A model generated the notes under the pieces. That model made no database searches. It was not told the DNA's origin and saw only the letters and a list, made by a program, of their open reading frames with translations. DNA of 28,370 nt from Candidatus Aenigmatarchaeota archaeon (GTDB lineage: Archaea; Aenigmatarchaeota; Aenigmatarchaeia; QMZP01), in contig JBDRNB010000016.1 of assembly GCA_043811635.1 (NCBI GenBank), forward strand, positions 1-28,370, read 5' to 3'. A program made the translations under genes and the position numbers. Position 1 is the first letter of the stretch. Every line of letters starts with the position of its first letter. Below, piece after piece: positions 25,501 to 28,370 of the stretch.

Positions 25501-28370
25501 GTACCACAGACACTAACAACAAGCCCGGTTGCACATATAGAAGTGGTAGAAGATCCGAATTCAGATCAGCTTGCTGTGTTCTGGACAGACTCGGATCCAG
25601 CTTTAAGCTTCATTATATGGAATGGAACAGAATGGCTCTGCGAGCCTTCAGTTCCTATATCAGCTTCTGTTTTTTCAAACGATTTCAAACAATTTGATGC
25701 TGCATTCGAGAACTCAGGCGATCTTGTTGTATTATTTGATAATTCAGCTGAGAGTGATGGCAACCTAGAGCATGCAGAAATTGATACAAGCGATTGCAGC
25801 GTCACTTACGGAGAAGTTGCAACGTGGCTTGATGATGGAGATCAAATCGATATTTCAGCAAAGCCAGGAGAGGATATAATACTAGGAGCACAGAGAGACG
25901 CACCCGCTGATGACATTCATGCCGGTGCATGGGACGGTGATACATGGGCTGTTTTTTCAGCTTCAGATGGAGGAACAGAGACGGATGAAGTCAACAGCCA
26001 CATGTATGTCGCAACTGGCTGGGTCGGAACGTCTGACATAGGTATGTTTGCATATGCAGACGCCAATGTTGTAACAGTCAGATATTTCCACTACAATTCA
26101 TCAGATAGCACATTTGATGCTGCCGTAGGCACTTGGACTTCAGGAACACCAGGAACAACAGATTTCGAAAACATAAGAATGATTGGAGGTGGAGAGACAG
26201 CTGAAGAATTGCTGTACATACTTGTTGACAATGCAAATGACATCTGGGTTAAGAAATACAACCAGACACATGGATGGCAGGATACAGAAGGCGGAGCAGC
26301 ATTAACTACGGTGGGAAGCGCTGACGGAGATTACATGCTTGTTGATTTCGCCTACAAGAGTGTACAAACAGATGATATGACTGTGTTGGATATTGTTCCT
26401 CTTGTAAAGGGAGTTCCTACAACAGATATTTCAGAAGGATCAAATGTAAGCTTTAATGTAACTTTAAGGGAGGAGGCTGGCACAGGTCTAAATCCAGTCA
26501 ATGTAACACTGACCATATACGATTCTAGTTTCAATCTGGTGTACAACGAATCTGTATATAATCTGAATTATGAAGCTGATGTCCAAATGGATGCAAATCT
26601 AACGAACCTGAGCACAACAGGTCTTTCAGGCTCCTTCAATGCAACTGCTTATGTATATTGGAATGGGGGAAATAACAACAGAACTGAACACAAATCATTC
26701 AATATACGAACAATATCTATCAATCCATCATATCCTGTTGGTCAGTGCCTAAACATGCCATTTGTGATGAATGTGACACTTTCTAATAATTGGCCTGTGG
26801 AAATTATAGCAAATGTCACAGCCTATGAGGACTCTGACTTTGGGTTTACACCAGAAGTAAGGGTTGTTAGAATACCATCATTCTCAAGCAACATGACAAA
26901 CTTCTCTTTAACAACACCTTCTGCAGGACAGGATTATGTATTGAATATTTCTGTAAACTATACAAATGGCAATGGTGATTTCAAGGTAAGAAATGGTTCT
27001 TTGACATTCAAGATTCCTGGCCCTCTGATAAAGATAACAAGAGAATCTCCGTCAAAGGTGGGCACCACTACAGCAATATACCCAAGATTTGTCATACATA
27101 ACTATGGTTGCGAGATTGCGGAAAACATACAGTTCAATGAGACTGTGAACCCAAGTTTCAGTGTAGATTCTGCTTATACATTTGGTCAGGGGGCAATAAA
27201 CATTACGACCCTGTCAGATTCCTCTACTAGAATCGTATGGAACATATCACGACTCGCGATAAACGAATTCTTCATAGTAGATTACAAGTTATCATCCACA
27301 TCAACTACCACAGGCAACCTGGGAAAATGGCAGAGTATGTGGTACGACACAAGTTCAAATGAATTTACATCTGAGGAAGATGAACAGTGGTCACTATATT
27401 CTGAGTCAAGCGCCATATCTCATTTCGAATTTAATCTCACTGTTGGTAATGCGTCATTTGACAGAATAGTAAAACCAAACAAGACATATGTATACAATCT
27501 AACTGTGAAAAACACAGGTAAAGCAACAGCAACTACATATGGAACAAACATAACAATCCAGGTATTTAAAAGACTCAAGGACTATCTGAACCAGAACTGG
27601 TCATTAGATGATACCTGTGACTTATATGATGCAGGCACTGGAGATTGGGATTCATCTGAACATACAATAAACTGGACTCTTCCCGAGAATCTAGTTGTAG
27701 GAGCTGAAACTTACCTGTACTTCACTCTGAACTGTTCCAGAAACGACACAGAAATCAAAATAAAAGCAACTGCAACAAACTTTGATGTGCCTACAACAGG
27801 AGCCACGGAGTACTGCGATGCTACAACTTATAGCGCTGACGGTTCAAACACAGAGGACTGGAACCATACTTTCACAAAGCCTGCAGGAATGCCAGACAGC
27901 GGCTATGTTACATACACAAAACTCTCAGGCGGTGCTGCAACATCAGCCACTTGTTTAGGAAATTCAGGCAACTGGGATAATACAGACTGGGGTAGAGCTG
28001 AGTTATATAATGATACTGTCACAGGAAAATATACTGCATGGTATTACCATAACCCCCCTGATATAGGTATTGGAAGTCCGCTTATCTATGAAGCAACATC
28101 CCCTGACGACTTCAACGGAAGCCAATACAAGACAGTTGCAAACAATCTCACCCTTAGAATGACAGGTAACAGAGCTCCAGGTGAATGGTTATGTGTTGTA
28201 GAAGTTTGTTACAAGTGGGCATGGCTTGCAGATCAACAGGAAACCCAGGAGCTATTTGTAAAGGTCAGGGACAATAATCCGGCTAAAATACAAAACGACA
28301 CACTCATGGCGGATTTTGACTGGGGCCAGTTATTTAATTTCACAGTCCAGGTTTATGACGAGAATGGTGA
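22561..28370 (+). CDS. Giant cell-surface glycoprotein (>=1936 aa, 3' end outside the window); not in the ORF track
   Basis: Frame +1 translated by hand from ATG 22561 to the window end without a stop. N-terminal hydrophobic segments, abundant N-x-S/T, DSDGNG Ca-binding-like loop, KSIFYPEE macroglobulin-MG2-like segment, W(N/D)GxxW repeats, Ig-like repeats. The start overlaps the upstream stop (ATGAGTAA). Confidence 0.92.
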   Translation, partial: MSKEKSQAHIFELFLLTFFFLQAGLLAFLGIYGLVFLGITGSGFAISKRLKSSHTAQAEMLVAIVFLALISTVAIAQTVNQTFTNDSITGLNIGKDLNRIVYKTKDIEVWANTEIILDINETNDTFIGKAQLVLDNGDPLSSEIIKIYLNGEKRLVQDTDEYGAIEFILQKQSGLNVIRAVFDGNPDAYYNPSVDEFISGIPENETEPVNETEPVNETEPINITKPINETINETYIISIESIDVPKVINESFEIGVNILSNFNTSATVSINLSIQTYEEDIILVEDILTQTTFEFQPIECGKYVGQILVESENANDYDEFTAVAACEINDTNITGNLTNLTITDLGLIQGEAKINQLVPWYKTIEVFNPNDVEVEDIEIEVELPESAEDIKIKRIPKSNKIASAVAIEIKEGKLKDKIKAKEKEKYQIEFYTAAPEKVEQETPEGKIVTISHNEELHYTNVEASIPIPEIESEIEIKNKESFAGDEIPVFDIYTGEQTDIFWVGGSTELFEDITRVTYDDAHQARYEDSDGNGINDLFVWNVPTLSNQTYLINKTNEINITIKITDLNGNDPGIEYDVQNREYGYSLSLAKRGFKPGTYKLIVEKNNISLEKQFTWGLISVNTLAISCQKCTLGKSIFYPEEILKIGMIVLNENGTPSAGMDVLLTVTDPDNKSYTFWTGNNTITEGKRGEYFAEFETTVEGTYTMSAKTLLLGHEVSIDSYFLVQESYDFEILRDTVMTLDPRFDEFETTFYIYPNIDGVDEFTVIEHLPSDFSIVSTNNATIIENETEILLIWENITEDIDASYSAQIPWNWPWLYRVGKVEIIYDTPTGTHSYEEGREWLLAVDPADDIGLIAYGTTIDNAPRYRFWNGDEWSGEASANDVGGEIRWTHVRSSPKFYEEFIIGTADDAGDINLQTYNGTGFDQLTEVETESPTTNRSFDVEYEQLSGQAMVVYSDGTPIPKYRIMERGTRVWESESSVPQTLTTSPVAHIEVVEDPNSDQLAVFWTDSDPALSFIIWNGTEWLCEPSVPISASVFSNDFKQFDAAFENSGDLVVLFDNSAESDGNLEHAEIDTSDCSVTYGEVATWLDDGDQIDISAKPGEDIILGAQRDAPADDIHAGAWDGDTWAVFSASDGGTETDEVNSHMYVATGWVGTSDIGMFAYADANVVTVRYFHYNSSDSTFDAAVGTWTSGTPGTTDFENIRMIGGGETAEELLYILVDNANDIWVKKYNQTHGWQDTEGGAALTTVGSADGDYMLVDFAYKSVQTDDMTVLDIVPLVKGVPTTDISEGSNVSFNVTLREEAGTGLNPVNVTLTIYDSSFNLVYNESVYNLNYEADVQMDANLTNLSTTGLSGSFNATAYVYWNGGNNNRTEHKSFNIRTISINPSYPVGQCLNMPFVMNVTLSNNWPVEIIANVTAYEDSDFGFTPEVRVVRIPSFSSNMTNFSLTTPSAGQDYVLNISVNYTNGNGDFKVRNGSLTFKIPGPLIKITRESPSKVGTTTAIYPRFVIHNYGCEIAENIQFNETVNPSFSVDSAYTFGQGAINITTLSDSSTRIVWNISRLAINEFFIVDYKLSSTSTTTGNLGKWQSMWYDTSSNEFTSEEDEQWSLYSESSAISHFEFNLTVGNASFDRIVKPNKTYVYNLTVKNTGKATATTYGTNITIQVFKRLKDYLNQNWSLDDTCDLYDAGTGDWDSSEHTINWTLPENLVVGAETYLYFTLNCSRNDTEIKIKATATNFDVPTTGATEYCDATTYSADGSNTEDWNHTFTKPAGMPDSGYVTYTKLSGGAATSATCLGNSGNWDNTDWGRAELYNDTVTGKYTAWYYHNPPDIGIGSPLIYEATSPDDFNGSQYKTVANNLTLRMTGNRAPGEWLCVVEVCYKWAWLADQQETQELFVKVRDNNPAKIQNDTLMADFDWGQLFNFTVQVYDENG
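23164..23262 (+). repeat. NETEP(V/I) coding repeats in the giant protein (6 sequons in 33 aa), similar to the repeats of the upstream gene
   Basis: PENETEPVNETEPVNETEPINITKPINETINET; shares gaaaacgagacagagcc with the upstream gene near 22080. Confidence 0.9.

Noticed and set aside
184-26546. Many antisense or alternative-frame ORFs in the track (e.g. 184-762, 3485-3832, 6633-7136, 7161-7565, 15641-16222, 21974-22369, 22800-24716)
   Set aside because: They lie wholly over well-supported genes on the opposite strand or frame, have Ser/Phe/Leu-rich shadow composition and show no motifs.
1-28370. CRISPR array, tRNA, rRNA or IS element
   Set aside because: No regularly spaced repeats, cloverleaf, rRNA-like tract, transposase motif or terminal inverted repeats were seen; the intergenic gaps are short.

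Overview
Archaeal chromosomal window. The evidence is Spt5, SecE, aL11/aL1/aP0/aP1, an archaeal-type AlaRS and TATA-box promoters. The style (charged ribosomal tails, KaiC-like pair, MinD paralogue, giant sequon-rich surface proteins) suggests a DPANN lineage such as Aenigmarchaeota, but that is inference. Gene order: membrane ORF, two convergent single-domain KaiC-like ATPases, an orphan, a prenyl diphosphate synthase resembling eukaryotic type III GGPPS, secE-spt5-rpl11-[membrane orphan]-rpl1-rpl10-rpl12, a divergent PurB-like lyase, an AT-rich HTH + free-standing LAGLIDADG cassette upstream of alaS, YdcF, a class A beta-lactamase-like hydrolase, MscS, a CxxC protein, HMG-CoA synthase-[orphan]-thiolase-DUF35, MinD, a wHTH protein, a 300-aa sequon-brush protein and a giant (>=1936 aa) surface protein. 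The giant protein runs off the window end and is absent from the supplied ORF track, as is secE. The most interesting signals are (1) twin palindromic operators around the TATA box of the HTH-LAGLIDADG cassette and (2) a shared TATA+TCGACGAA element in both divergent promoters of the wHTH and surface-protein genes. No rRNA, tRNA or CRISPR array was seen. All family assignments come from motif reading by eye; no database search was run.
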